From NCBI RefSeq assembly GCF_006345805.1, contig NC_043019.1:12957360-13021359 (forward strand): 64,000 nucleotides of DNA. The letters are read 5' to 3'. Origin of the DNA: Octopus sinensis (taxonomy: Eukaryota). The notes under the pieces are model-generated. The model saw nothing but the letters and a program-made list of their open reading frames with translations, did not search any database and was not told the DNA's origin. How positions within the stretch are numbered: position 1 is the first letter of the stretch; each line of letters opens with the position of its first letter. This document shows, one piece after another, positions 11,582 to 24,866 of this stretch. Position numbers and translations under genes: made by a program.

Positions 11582-12876
11582 CGAGGGACGTTCAATAAGT
11601 AATGCCCCTGACCCACTTGCAGTTGTTTGATCTAGCTGAAATTTTGCATGTGCAATTAGTTATATCTCTATAGATTAAGTGGTAAATTACAGCTCTGAAC
11701 TAATTGTGGTTTCTGATTTACAGGTGTTTGAACTGAGTCAAGTGTGAACTGGAGCCTGTTGAGTGTCGAGCAGTGATCCGGTTTTTGTATTTGAAAGGAC
11801 GCACAGCACGGGAGACTTTTGATGAAATGAAAGTAACTTATGGTAATGATGCCCCATCATATGACCTTGTAAAATGCTGGCATCGTGAATTCAAACATGG
11901 TCGGAACTCTGTGGAAACAGCTCCCAGATCTGGTCGCCCCCCTTCTGCCATTCATGAGGCATCTGTCCGTCAAGTTGAGGCTGCCATTTTGGAAGATCGA
12001 CGCATAACAATTCGCCAAATAGCCTATCAGGTCAAGATTAGTACCGGGTCTGTGGAAACTATCATTCATGACCATTTGCATATGCAAAAGGTGTCTGCCA
12101 GATGGATTCCCAGGTTGCTCACACCTTTCCAGAAGCAAGAACGCGTCGAGTGCTCGAGGATGAATTTGGAGATGTGCCAAGAAGATGAGTCAAAATTTTT
12201 CAAAAGACTGATTACACAGGATGAAACCTGGGTCCATCACTATGATCCAGAGACCAAAACCCAGTCAATGCAATGGAAGCACTGTGACTCACCTCCTCCA
12301 AAGAAGGCAAGGGTGCAGCCCTTCGCTGGCAAGGTCATGCTAACAGTCTTGTGGGACCAGGACGGAGTAGTGATGACAGATTTCCTGGCAAAGGGTACCA
12401 CAATTACAGGAGCCTATTATGCTTCACTTTTGAGGAAATTAAGAGAAGCTATCAAAATCAAGAGGCGAGGAAAGATCAGCAAAGGCATCCTCCTCCTGCA
12501 GGACAACGCTCCGGTCCACAACTCGCGTGTCGCCAGATCAGAAGCACAGGCATGCGGCTATGAACTCCTCCCCCATCCCCCATACTCTCCTGACCTTGCA
12601 CCCTCTGATTTTCACCTCTTCCCATCCATGAAGTTGTTTTTGAAAGGAAAGCGTTTCCCAGATTGTGCAGCCTTGATTTCTGAAGTCACGTCGTGGTTGG
12701 AGGACCAAGCTGGGGGTATTCTACAAAAACGGTCTCCAGAGCTGCATCAAACGAGGGGAGAAATGCGTAACTCTGGGTGATTCCTATGTAGAAAAAGACT
12801 AATAACTGTGCCAAGTTTCGTTGCTCTACTCCTATGGGAAAGTGGGTCAGGGGCATTACTTATTGAACGCCCCTCG
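11582..12876 (+). mobile_element. Full-length mariner (irritans/Himar1-like), DD34D transposase
   Basis: 37-bp TIRs with 1 mismatch, 3' TA; WIPRLL, TQDETW, QDNAP and YSPDLAPSD with D34D spacing. The expected start codon at 11749 reads CTG; an extra G at 12712-16 shifts the C-terminus. Confidence 0.95.
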
Positions 12877-12989
12877 TAACTATACATATATATAAATATA
12901 CATATATATATATATATATGTTTGTGGGTGTGTCTGTGGGTGTCTGTGTCAGAATATGCCTATAAACACACGCACACACGCATGCATAT

Positions 12990-14167
12990 TGTTACGAGGG
13001 GGGACCTCCAAAAACTGTTACGGAATCCCTCACACAGGCCCGTTCGATGCAGCGAATGTTTTCGCCACGGAAACTCGTCGGAGAGGAGAGAGAGAGACAA
13101 CAACAACAGCAGCAGCAGCACGAAGAGATACAGAGGCAACCGAGAGAGACACAAAGAGGCAAGGCACAACTGGCTTACATTTAACAACTAATTTATATGA
13201 CTATTACAATTGTTACAACATCAAATACATATCAGGTACATTTAAAAGAGGACATGCAAGTAACAACTCAATACATCATACAGGTATACCACAGATCAAA
13301 GCATTTAACAACATGCAGATACAATATAACCGTCCGGTAACAACACATCAAGTTCAATGACAACAGCAATTAAAGAGTACACCTGCAAGAAACAGGTATA
13401 CAATGTTCATGTCACAAATAATTCACGTTACAAATCAATGTTCAAATCCAATTAAACAAATAACGTTCACAGTTCTTTAAAGTCTTTTTCTACTTTCTTT
13501 TGTAACATGTATCAACACAATTCCGAACATAAATACCACAACTCGATAATCGACACATCAACAAGTCCTTTACTCAATTCACATTGTTCATTAAATTCCT
13601 TTTTACTGTCTCATTTCTTTTCAACATTTCGATACATGGATTCCTTTTCCTTCTTTTTCTTCACATATCAATACACAATCCACGCACCTTACATTGGGCC
13701 AACGCCTCATATTGCACCTCATCTCTCCCAGTACTGCTAGCTCCAACTTGCCAAACTCTTGCCCCGAATTCCCAAATCCTCGCTCCTAAAATCCCAACCG
13801 CTCGCTTTGACTTCCAAAATACCGACTACTGCTAGCTCCAACTTGCCAAACTCTTGCCCCGAATTCCCAAATCCTCGCTCCTAAAATCCCAACTGCTCGC
13901 TTTGACTTCCAAAGTACCGACTGTCAAAACCCTCTTGCTCTATCACTACCCTCAATCCCTCTCTTAGCTCTAATACTCTCTCTATCCCACTTGGTCCTAT
14001 GTCCCTATCTTCATCGACGCTGTCACTGTCATTCTCTCTCCTAGTTCTCAGATTCCTTAATCTGTCTTTCTCACTACTTTCTTCTTCCTCTTCTTCACTG
14101 TCACTAGATTCTTCCTTACTCTAAAGGGTGTTTAGAACGAACTTTAGTTCACCTGAAAGGGGTCACA
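12990..14167 (-). mobile_element. LTR-like retroelement remnant with a putative tRNA-Gln PBS
   Basis: Minus strand TGTGAC...GTAACA then gttttTGGAGGTCCC; internal 95-bp tandem duplication at 13732-13921. Confidence 0.4.
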
Positions 14168-14566
14168 GGTCTACCCAGAACCAATCAAATCCACCTGAAT
14201 CTGACAGGACAATGGATATATTCCAAAGTAGGTCGCAGCCAACTGTCCTTAAGCTGAACCATTCATAGCAATATACAGGGGAAGATTATACTAGAATGGC
14301 AGTCAATTGTCTTCTCCCGGTCAGGTCCGCACAAGGATTTGAACTCAGCACTGCAAGATAGCAAAACTGTCTGAACCACAATTATCCAATGTTTAAACTG
14401 GAGAGGTTTTTTTTCCTTACCCTGCGATACTTATCTACACCTTGATGAACTGGTATGGAGCCCTAGTAGATATGGCCTTGAAGATTCAACCAACATACAA
14501 TAGACAAACATTACTGCACGTGTGTGTGTGTATGTGTGCATTTTACATGGAAAGCATAGACCTACT

Positions 14567-14612
<46 letters not shown>

Positions 14613-14709
14613 GTATGTATGTATGTATGTGTGTGTGTATGTATGTGTGTATGTTTGTGTATATATATGTATATATGTATGTGTATATATATATATATAT
14701 ATGTATGTG

Positions 14710-14742
<33 letters not shown>

Positions 14743-15579
14743 GTGTCTATGTGTATATATATGTGTCTGTAGGGTATATATATGTATGTATGTTTGTGTA
14801 TATATATGTATGTGTATAATAGGTCGTATGTGTTAATATATATGTATGTATATTTATATATTATGTGTATATATATATGTATTGTTATATATATAATATA
14901 TGTGTGTATATATATATATATAATTATATATAATTATATATATATATATATATATATATCTGTGTGTATGTATCTATGTATAATGTATGGAGTCAGTGTG
15001 TATATACATTATGGAGTCATGGACTTCAAATACAAATATCAACTTGTATATATAAAGCTTTAATGTCAGATGTGAGTCAGACATTCCTTTTAAACTAGAC
15101 TACAGTGAAATCCTTTATACTCCATATTTCTCTTTGTGTGCATGTGTATGTATGTATGTATGTATGTATGTGTGTATTTGTTTACAGTGTATGTGTGTAT
15201 AAGTGTATGTATAATCTGCAGCAGCAGCACGTAACTTCTGTTTTCCGTGCTGGCATGGGTTGGACAGTTTGACGGTTTGACAGTTTGACGGTTTGACAGT
15301 TTGACAGAAGCTATCCAGCTGAAGAGCCACCAGGCTCCTTGTCTGTTTTAGCATGATTTTTATGACTGGATGGCCTTCTTAATGCCAACCACTTTCCAGA
15401 GTGTTCTGCATGCTTTTACACAGCACCAGCAGAGGTGCGTTTACGTGGCCCTTGTACATTTGTTTTTTAACATGACAGCAGCACCCATGAGCCCACAAGA
15501 TTAGGAATGCTCAGCTGGAAGGGAATGCAGGGGATATGCAGGGGACATGCAAGGGCAACCATGATTTTACACAAAACAA

Positions 15580-16110
15580 CCATTGGCTTGCCATGTCCCC
15601 AAAACATGTACAAGAGTGATAAAAATCAAAGATCCATTAACATTGTGGTGTTTGGAGTGGTCACTAATGATGGCAATGTTATGCCTCCATTTATCTATCC
15701 ACACAGCCTCAGACTCCACACTGAAGCCTACATCAAGTGCTTGGAGGTGGTAATGCTGCCCTGAGTCAAGAGGGTGGCTGCTGGAAGACCCTTTATCTGG
15801 CAACAGGACTCTGTACCATGCTACACAAGTAGGAGAACCCAGTCATGGCTGTCAGACAATTTCTGTAATCACATCACCCCTAACATCTGGCCACTTAATT
15901 CCCCAGACTGCAACCCCCTTGATTATCATGTGTGGGCCACAGTTGAGCAAGAGGCCAATGAAACTCCTTGTAACACCAAAGATGACCTGAAGGCAAGGAT
16001 TATGGCAGCATTCACCAACTTAAACAAAGAGATTGTCCAGAAGAGTTGCAGAAGATTCTGAAGTCTTCTGAAGGCCGTGATTGAAGCCAATGGCGATTTT
16101 ATTGAATAAA
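15580..16110 (+). mobile_element. Decayed maT-type (DD37D) transposase 3' half
   Basis: WQQDSVPC...WPLNSPDCNPLDY with 37 residues between the two Asp; in-frame stops. Confidence 0.8.
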
Positions 16111-16167
16111 TTTTCTCTTTAGTATTTCAAAATATTTTTATGTAATTTTGGTAAATATATCTGTTAA

Positions 16168-16516
16168 CCCTTTTGTTACTGTATTTATTTTGAGATGCTC
16201 TGTGTTTCTTTTAATTACTCCAAATATAACAAAATATTTAGTAAAATAACTTAATTATCATTAAGCTAGTGTTAGGAACATAAATTGTGACTAAGGTTTG
16301 ATGGCAGATTTTAATTCAAAACTTATGAAAACAAGATATTTGTACTACAGAGCCAGAGCCAGTTTCAGCCGGGTTGGTATCGAAAGGGTTCAGCTGGTGA
16401 TTGGAACATAAATTGTGACTAAAGTTTGATGGCAGATTTTAATTCAAAACTTATGAAAACAAGACATTTGTTCTCAGAGCCAGACCCCGGTTTCAGCGGG
16501 GTTGGTAATGAAAGGG
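16168..16516. mobile_element. piggyBac-type MITE with a duplicated 3' part
   Basis: TTAA|CCCTTT ... AAAGGG|TTAA. Confidence 0.75.
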
Positions 16517-16613
16517 TTAAAATGAGATGTCAGTGTTATTTTCATTTTTGCGTAATTTAGACAACAATATATATTCACTGCACCCTGTGTATGTGTGTAT
16601 TTGTGTATGTATG

Positions 16614-16656
<43 letters not shown>

Positions 16657-17101
16657 ACACACATTCCACAGAAACATTATAACACTTAGCATATCTTGGT
16701 GTCATGTCTAATAAAAATTCGGCTTGCAATAATGCTTTCCTTTTTTTACACTGATTAAAACAAATAGCCCAAAGATTCTGTAATGACTTGGTACACACGA
16801 GTGAGAGTAGACGTGTGTCAGTGCACACTATGTGTGTGTGTGTGTGCATGTGTATTAGTAGGTGTGCCTATCCGTATATATATACATGCATACGTACTTA
16901 ACTGTGTGTCCAACTGGAATATTTCTATTATCTATAAGTGGAAGGAAGTAAGAGCCAGCAAAGGAGGAGTTAAGCTAAGCTATTCTCAGACTTTATAAGG
17001 AATACCTGACCTTACCCACATAACTGTTAAATACACCAACATACATCTAGGTGTGTTTGTGTGTGTGTGTGTGTGTGTGTATCATCATTGTTTAATATCT
17101 G

Positions 17102-17146
<45 letters not shown>

Positions 17147-17284
17147 ATGTGTATATATATATATATATTGGTAAAAACGGTAAGATAACAAAAGAAAGAA
17201 AGAGACCTCAATATTATGTAAATAGAGGAAATTTATCTATAAAATAATATGTATAATTACTCAATAGTCAAGATAAAACTCTGA

Positions 17285-17335
<51 letters not shown>

Positions 17336-17403
17336 ATATATGTATGTATATATATATGTATTATATAATATATATGTATATTATAATATATAATATTATA
17401 TAA

Positions 17404-17454
<51 letters not shown>

Positions 17455-17550
17455 ATGTATATGTATATATATATGTATATATATATAGATGTATGTATAT
17501 GTATAGTATATATATATGTATATGTATATATATATGTATGCATGTATATA

Positions 17551-17946
17551 GGCGCAGGAGTGGCTGTGTGGTAAGTATCTTGTTTACCAACCACATGGTT
17601 CCAGGTTCAGTCCCACTGCGTGGCACCTTGGGCAAGTGTCTTCTACTATAGCCTCGGGCTGACCAATGCCTTGTGAGTGGATTTGGTAGACGGAAACTGA
17701 AAGAAGCCCGTCGTATATATGTATATATATGCGTGTGTGTGTGTCTGTGTTTGTCCCCCTAGCATTGCTTGACAACCGATGCTGGTGTGTTTATGTCCCC
17801 GTTACTTAGCGGTTCGGCAAAAGAGACCGATAGAATAAGTACTGGGCTTACAAAAGAATAAGTCCCAGTGTCGAGTTGCTCAATTAAAGGTGGTGCTCCA
17901 GCATGGCCGCAGTCAAATGACTGAAACAAGTAAAAGAGTAAAAGAG

Positions 17947-17948
<2 letters not shown>
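17551..17948 (+). mobile_element. SINE family A
   Basis: Full copy flanked by TA tracts. Confidence 0.85.
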
Positions 17949-17977
<29 letters not shown>

Positions 17978-18015
17978 GTATATATGTATATATGCATATA
18001 TATGTATATATACAA

Positions 18016-18324
18016 GGAGGCGCAATGGCCCAGTGGTTAGGGCTGCGGACTCGTGGTCATAGGATCGCGGTTTCGATTCCCAGACCGGGCGTTGTGAGTG
18101 TTTATTGAGCGAAAACACCAAAAGCCCCACGAGGCTCCGGCAACGGGTGGTGGCAATCCCTGCTGTACTCTTTCGCCACAACTTTCTGTCACTCTTTCTT
18201 CCGTTGGCCTGCTCGCTTAGCCAGCGGGGTGGCGTCATTTGAAGTCTAAAACAATACGAAGCGCATTGTGACCAGCGATGTGTAGCAACATCTGAGAGCC
18301 TGGTCGGTCATGGTGACACGGTGA
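18016..18324 (+). mobile_element. tRNA-derived SINE family C
   Basis: A box tggcccagtgg, B box gtttcgattcc; tail ctggtcggtca..gtga. Other copies at 38302, 43325 and 44627. Confidence 0.8.
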
Positions 18325-18798
18325 TATATGTATATATATATATATCATGATGTAAATATGCCATTTGAATATGGCTAACCCCTAAGGGTGGATGCTACTG
18401 TAGTTTTTAGCCCCAGGAAGACATCTCCTCCAGCTGGCTATAGACACACTTTCTGTGCCCTATCAGTATTTGCAAAGGGAAACCATCCTTCCCGTCTTCA
18501 ATTTATGATACACACGGACCCGAGTTTCAAAGTATTGACCTATCATCAGCGTGTGACAATCACAGTTGTCGATAGGAAGGAGGTTCTCTTTACAAATACA
18601 TATACTTTTTCCAGTGTTCAGTGACACTGATATTGAAAAAGTGAAATCAAACAATGATAAATATCAGAGTGTGTTATCAACAGTAGCAGAAACACATCGT
18701 GATGTAAATATGCCATTTGAATATGGCTAACCCCTAAGGGTGGATGCTACTGTAGTTTTCTAGGAGTAACCGACCGATTTCTATTCGAAATTGATGTT

Positions 18799-19275
18799 GG
18801 CAGCAATGATGATGGCAGTGGCGATGGTGGTGGTGATGACGATGACGGTGGCGATGGTGGTGGCAACAGTGGTGGTGGTGATGGTATGGTGGCGGCAGCA
18901 ATGATATGGCAGTGGCGATGTGTGGTGATGACGATGACGGTGGCGATGGTGGTGGCAACAGTGGTGGTGGTGATGGTATGGTGGCGGCAGCAATGATGAT
19001 GGGTGGCGATGGTGGTGGTGATGACGATGACGGTGGCGATGGTGGTGGCAACAGGGGTGGTGGATGGTATGTGGCGGCAGCAATGATGATGGCAGTGGCG
19101 ATGGTGGTGGTGATGACGATGACGGTGGCGATGGTGGTGGCAACAGTGGTGGTGGTGATGGTATGGTGGCGGCAGCAATGATGATGGCAGTGGCGATGGT
19201 GGTGGTGATGACGATGACGGTGGCGATGGTGGTGGCAACAGTGGTGGTGGTATGATGGTATGGTGGCGGCAGCGA
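18799..19275. repeat. About 95-bp higher-order repeat of a GGT/GAT-rich unit, about 5 copies
   Basis: ggcagcaatgatgatggcagtggcg... recurs at 18799, 18893, 18985, 19076 and 19171. Confidence 0.85.
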
Positions 19276-19483
19276 TTATGATGACGGCTTGTGTTAGGAT
19301 AATCTTTTTTAACTTTGATTACTCATCTTCTTCTTTCGGAGTTATTCCTGTATTTACCTTGAAGCTCTTTCATAAATACATCAATCTACAGAACACCTGG
19401 AAATATTCTTGGCAAATGTGTATTTTTTGCATAATTGTATATTTATTCATGGCATTAATTAATGATTCTAAGGCAGCAGGTTT

Positions 19484-19697
19484 TCTAGGATCGTTAGCAT
19501 GCTGGGCTAAATACTTCATGGCATTTCGTCTGGTTTTACGTTCTGAGTTCAAATTCTGCCAAGGTTGATTTTGCTTTTCATCCCTTCGGGGTCAATAAAT
19601 TAAATACCAGTTGAGTACTGGGGTCAATATAATCAACTTACTGCCCCGCTCCCCAAATTTCAGGCCTTGTACCTTTAGTAGAAAGGATTAATTAATA
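19484..19697 (+). mobile_element. SINE family B (tail type 2)
   Basis: gttcaaattc...ttttcatcc..cggggtc core; ggccttgt..agtagaaaggatt tail. Confidence 0.75.
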
Positions 19698-20460
19698 ATT
19701 CTTTTTAGGCGCAGGAGTGGCTGTGTGGTAAGTAGCTTGTTTACCAACCACATGGTTCCGGGTTCAGTCCCACTGCGTGGCACCTTTGGCAAGTGTCTTC
19801 TGCTATAGCCTTGGGCTGACCAAAACCTTGTCAGTGGATTTGGTAGACGGAAACTGAAAGAAGACCATCGTATATATGTATATATATACATTATGTGGAA
19901 GATTGTTGCCCAAGGTGCCTTGCAGTGGAACTGAACTCAAATCCACACAGTTGCAAAATGACCTTTTTAACCATACAGGCATACCTGTACCTTTCTTCCT
20001 TATATATTTTATTTATTTATTTGTTTATTTTGTCTTGAACAGTAGATTTTGGTTTGAGGGAAATTTAGCTACTATTTCTGTTGAGTTTAATTCCTGCAGC
20101 AGACCAACCCAAATTGAAAAATAAAACAACTTATAATTAAAGACCTTCCAGCCATGGCAACTTTGTCTTATTTTTCAAATATAGTCCACCTGTGACTACA
20201 TGTAGTCTGAGACAGATTATAACATATAGCGATTTGCTCTTTTTTTTAAGAACTTCTGTAGGAAGAGATCATCTGTTGTACCCAGTCCTGGCATAAACCC
20301 AAACTCCAGCTCACCTAAATTAATTTTTTTTCTAATTAATCCTGTTACAACATGGGCATAGCCAGGATTCCGTCTGACTGTTCTTAATTATTAAAATGGA
20401 TTTGCCATTAGCTGTCAAATTTGTATATATATGTGTATATATATTACAATCTTTTAAAAG

Positions 20461-20680
20461 GCGGTGAGCTGGCAGAAACGTTAGCGCGCCGGGCGAAATG
20501 CTTAGCGGTATTTCGTCTGTCGTTACGTTCTGAGTTCAAATTCCGACGAGGTCGACTTTGCCTTTCATCCTTTCGGGGTCGATAAATAAGGTACCAGTTT
20601 CGCACTGGGGTTGATGTAATTGACTTAATCCCTTTGTCTGTCCTTGTTTGTTCCCTCTATGTTTAGCCCCTTGTGGGGCG
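20461..20680 (+). mobile_element. SINE family B (tail type 1)
   Basis: ggcggtgagctggcagaa head; gcctttcatcctttcggggtcg core. Confidence 0.8.
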
Positions 20681-20998
20681 TTGCTTAAACCTGTTGAGCA
20701 CCCTCTTAGTTGCATGTGTACAGGGTGTGTCAGCTTTTAATTTGAGAAAAAATTATTAGTATTCAGTGGAAAAAGGTGGTGAGGCTGGCAGAGTTGTTAC
20801 TGTACCAAGCAAAATGCTTAGCAGGGGGAGAGATAGTAAAAGAGAGTTAACTTAAGAAGTGCAGGATGTGTGCACATACTAGGCTTGGTGGCAGGTAATG
20901 TGTAAAGGAACACTACACACACTGACAAGGAAAGAGAGTGTATGACGGAGTAATTATGGGAAGAATTATACAAGTGAGAATTTTGATTTTTAATATTA

Positions 20999-21385
20999 CT
21001 AGCAGTATAGCCCAGCGTTGCTCGGGCTTGTTTTCTTTTCGACCCTTTAGAATTAGAATTTTTGAAAAGTAAAAATTTTGCATTATGTAGCTTGTTATTC
21101 TCTTTAAGTGAACATTTTTCTGGTTGAAATACATTGAAAAATGGCGACACAGCAGTAAAAAAAATCGTAAAAAATAGAAAAAAAACACCTTTTTGATGTA
21201 AATAATTTTTGGCATTAACATGGTTCGATTTGAATTTTTTCTTCTACGGAAGGAAGAGCAAGCCTTCTTCTATCATACTCTCAATTTTGGTCAACTTGCA
21301 CCACAGGGTCTCGGAGGAGATAGTGTTAGTTGAAGGCTACCGAACCTGCCATTCACAGACAACTTCAGCTTTATAGAGGTAGAGA
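20999..21385 (-). mobile_element. Non-autonomous Helitron
   Basis: Minus strand A|TC...cccgagcaacgctggg hairpin...CTAG|T. Confidence 0.75.
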
Positions 21386-21532
21386 TTTTAAGGAAATGCT
21401 GTGAGCTGGCAGAATCATTAGCAAACTGAGCAAAATGCTTTGCTCTATTTTGTCCATTTTTACGTTCTGTGTTCAAATTCCACTGAGATTAACTTTAGCT
21501 TTCATCCTTTCCAGGATAAAATTAAATACCTA

Positions 21533-21755
21533 TTTCTTTACTACCCACATAGGGCTAAACACAGAGGGGACGAATAAGGACAGACAAAGGGATTAAGTCG
21601 ATTACATCGACCCCAGTGCGTAACTGGTACTTATTTAATCGAACCTGAAAGGATGAAAGGCAAAGTCGACCTCGGCGGAATTTGAACTCAGAACATAGCA
21701 GCAGCCGAAATACCACTAAGGACTTTGCCCGGCGTGCTAACAATTCTGCCAGTCC
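21533..21755 (-). mobile_element. SINE family B
   Basis: Reverse-complement copy. Confidence 0.8.
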
Positions 21756-22289
21756 CCCTGCCCCAGAAATGCTGGCCCTGTGCTAAAATTTGAAACTAAT
21801 ATTTGGTTTTAAAAAGCGGTGAGATTAACAGAATTGTTACTGTGCCAGGCAAAATGCTTGGCACCATTTGATCCATCTTTAGGTTCATCATCATCATCAT
21901 CGTTTAACGTCCGTTCTCCATGCTAGCATGGGTTGGACGGTTCGACCGGGGATCTGGGAAGCCAGAAGGCTGCACCAGGCTTCGGTCTTATCTGGCAATG
22001 TTTCTACAGCTGGATGCCCTTCCTAACGCCAACCACTCCGTGAGTGTAGTGGGTGCTTTTTACGTATTCAAATTCCGCTGAGGTCACCTTTAGCTTTCAT
22101 CCTTTCAGGGTTGACAAAATAAGTACCAGTTGAGTACTGGGGTTGATGTTGTCAACTTAACTCTGTGTTGAACCTTGCATTTTGTCCAATTTTACAAAGC
22201 CAAATCAGACTGAGCCTGGTGCGAAAATTTGAAACGAATAACGAGTAAAGCTAATGAGAGACTTACATAAGAAGTCTACGGTAGTCGTT

Positions 22290-22490
22290 AATGAAAACGA
22301 TGTAGTTGACGCTCAACATTGAAGAATACCTTAGGAATGAGAACCCAGGTTCGGAATTTCCCCAAGACACCTGAAAAAGGCTGGAGGGTATATCAGCCGA
22401 AACGTTGTGTTAACAACAAACAAGATGAGGACAAATATCTGTCGAATGTAAATAATGTAAATAATGTACATAATTCCTCATCTCTTAAAT
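22290..22490 (+). mobile_element. Penelope-like terminal fragment with a hammerhead-like motif at 22366-22411
   Basis: gacac-CTGAAAA-a-ggctg/cagcc-GAAAC-GT-T-gtgtt. Confidence 0.55.
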
Positions 22491-22639
22491 GTAGAACAAT
22501 ATTTCGACTGTCCGTCTGTCTTTTTCCGGTTCAAAATGTGAAAATAAAAAAAAAACATATTATTTTATTACATATTTGCTTTGCGATCTATCGTGTGTTT
22601 ATGTTTGTGAAGAGTTACGTCAATCTTCAAATATTATAA

Positions 22640-22665
22640 TCATGATCATCGTCATCATCACCATC

Positions 22666-22733
<68 letters not shown>

Positions 22734-22818
22734 TATTATTATTATCATCACCATCATCATCATCATCATTATTATTATCATCATCATCATCATCATCATT
22801 ATTATCATCATCATCATC

Positions 22819-22885
<67 letters not shown>

Positions 22886-23330
22886 CATCATCATCACCAC
22901 CATAATCACCATCATCATCATCACCATCATCATCGTCGCCATCATCATCATCATCATCATCGTCGTCATTATCATCCTCATCATCGTCATCATCATCATC
23001 ATCATCACCACCATCATCCTCATCATTATCATCATCATCATCATCATCATCATCACCATCATCATCATCACCACGATAATCATCATCATCATCATCACCA
23101 TCATCATTGTCGCCATCATCATCATCATCATCATCCTCATCGTCATCATCATCATCATCACCACCATCATCCTCATCATCATCATCATCATCACCACCAT
23201 CATCATCATCCTCATCATCATCATTATCATCATCATCACCACCACCACCACCACCATCATCACCATCATCATCACCACCACCATCATCATCATCATCATC
23301 ATCATCCTCATTTTATCATCATCATTGTTA
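22640..23330. repeat. (ATC)n microsatellite, about 690 bp
   Basis: Direct reading. Confidence 0.97.
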
Positions 23331-24057
23331 CACGTTTTAGAATCAACAGGTTCTTTACTTCCAACCATAGCAACTCTCCCATTAGATGTCATACAATACT
23401 TTTCAGATCGATACCTAACCAAAATAGACTGTCAGGGTGTTTTATGATATTAAAGCAGGCCTGCTTACCTCCATTTCTGACATGCCCCCCCCCTCTCCCG
23501 CTTCTCTCTTTCACTTGTGCACTGTGCCTCCACACCTTATGCTACGCCTCATCACTCCATCTCATCTGTCTCTGCAACTTGTACACTCTGTGAATGAGTA
23601 ATTACCTTTAATCTGTTAATGACTAATGACTATTTTATACCCTAATGTCTGTCGAGTGATTTGTTTTGCATCACTCACCTTCCTCGTTATTTCTCTCTCC
23701 CGTCCCGCCCCTCACCTTTCTCTCTCTCTCAGTATATGTGTACGCTTGTTGTCCTCTCACCTGTTTTTACCTTTTTGTTTTCTGTTAGTTCAAACTATAG
23801 ATATTTATAGATATAGAAAGTATATATAAATGTGTGTGTGTGTGTGTGTGTGTGTCTATACATATACATGCATGAATACATATCTATATATCACTGTCTG
23901 TCTCTGTCTGTCTGTCTCTGTATGTATGTGTGTGTATATATATATGCGTACACATATTTATACATACATGCATATATATATACATACATACATATGTATA
24001 CATACATACATACATATAAAAGAGTTAAAGAGTAAAAAAGAGAGTATATATATATAC

Positions 24058-24107
<50 letters not shown>

Positions 24108-24110
24108 CTA

Positions 24111-24195
<85 letters not shown>

Positions 24196-24196
<1 letters not shown>

Positions 24197-24505
24197 TAGC
24201 ACTATGACCCGGCAACGAGTACTGTCCAAATCTCCAACCAATCACATACAGCTAGCTGGCATTCAATTAGCGTATCAAGTTTCGGGCATTTTGATTGGGT
24301 TTTGGATAGAAAATCCACAAAAAAAGTCACTTCTATTGATTTTTTAATGGCTTTGCCGGGTGACTGGGGAAATGTAAAGATGTGCACGACCACCCTTGGA
24401 CAGTTTTAAATGACCATAGAAAGTGCGAGCCCTCTAACTGAAAAATTGTGGATTTGAATAAAGGACACACACACAGACAGACATTTTGCCGTTTTTATAT
24501 GTATA
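24196..24505 (-). mobile_element. Non-autonomous Helitron (family shared with 34130-34300 and 45891-46401)
   Basis: The CTAG end with a ccggg hairpin and the internal sequence match the other copies. Confidence 0.65.
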
Positions 24506-24561
24506 TACGGAGATGTACTCGCATAGCAAGTAATTTGATCTGAGATCGTGTGCTGAAACGA

Positions 24562-24851
24562 AAACAATTGCAGCGTGGAAGGTGTTTATAAGCCATTTAA
24601 GAAACACACAAAAGCCGTTCGATTCACTTCAACATTTAAGTTTAATTTGTCAAAATATTTTCGTCGCTAAAATCCGCGACCTGTTCACTGACAAAAATCC
24701 GTGCTGCATCTCGGATTTTTGTCAGTGAACAGGTCGCGGATTTTAGCGACGAAAATATTTTGACAAATTAAACTTAAATGTTGAAGTGAATCGAACGGCT
24801 TTTGTGTGTTTCTTAAATGGCTTATAAACACCTTCCACGCTGCAATTGTTT
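24562..24851. repeat. Palindrome, 140-bp arms, 10-nt spacer (Penelope-like terminal sequence)
   Basis: aaacaattgcagcgtgg...aaaatccg|tgctgcatct|cggatttt...ccacgctgcaattgttt. Confidence 0.92.
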
Positions 24852-24866
24852 ATATATATATATATA

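Noticed and set aside
22576-23422. Poly-Ile, poly-Met and poly-Ser ORFs
   Set aside because: (ATC)n repeat artefacts.
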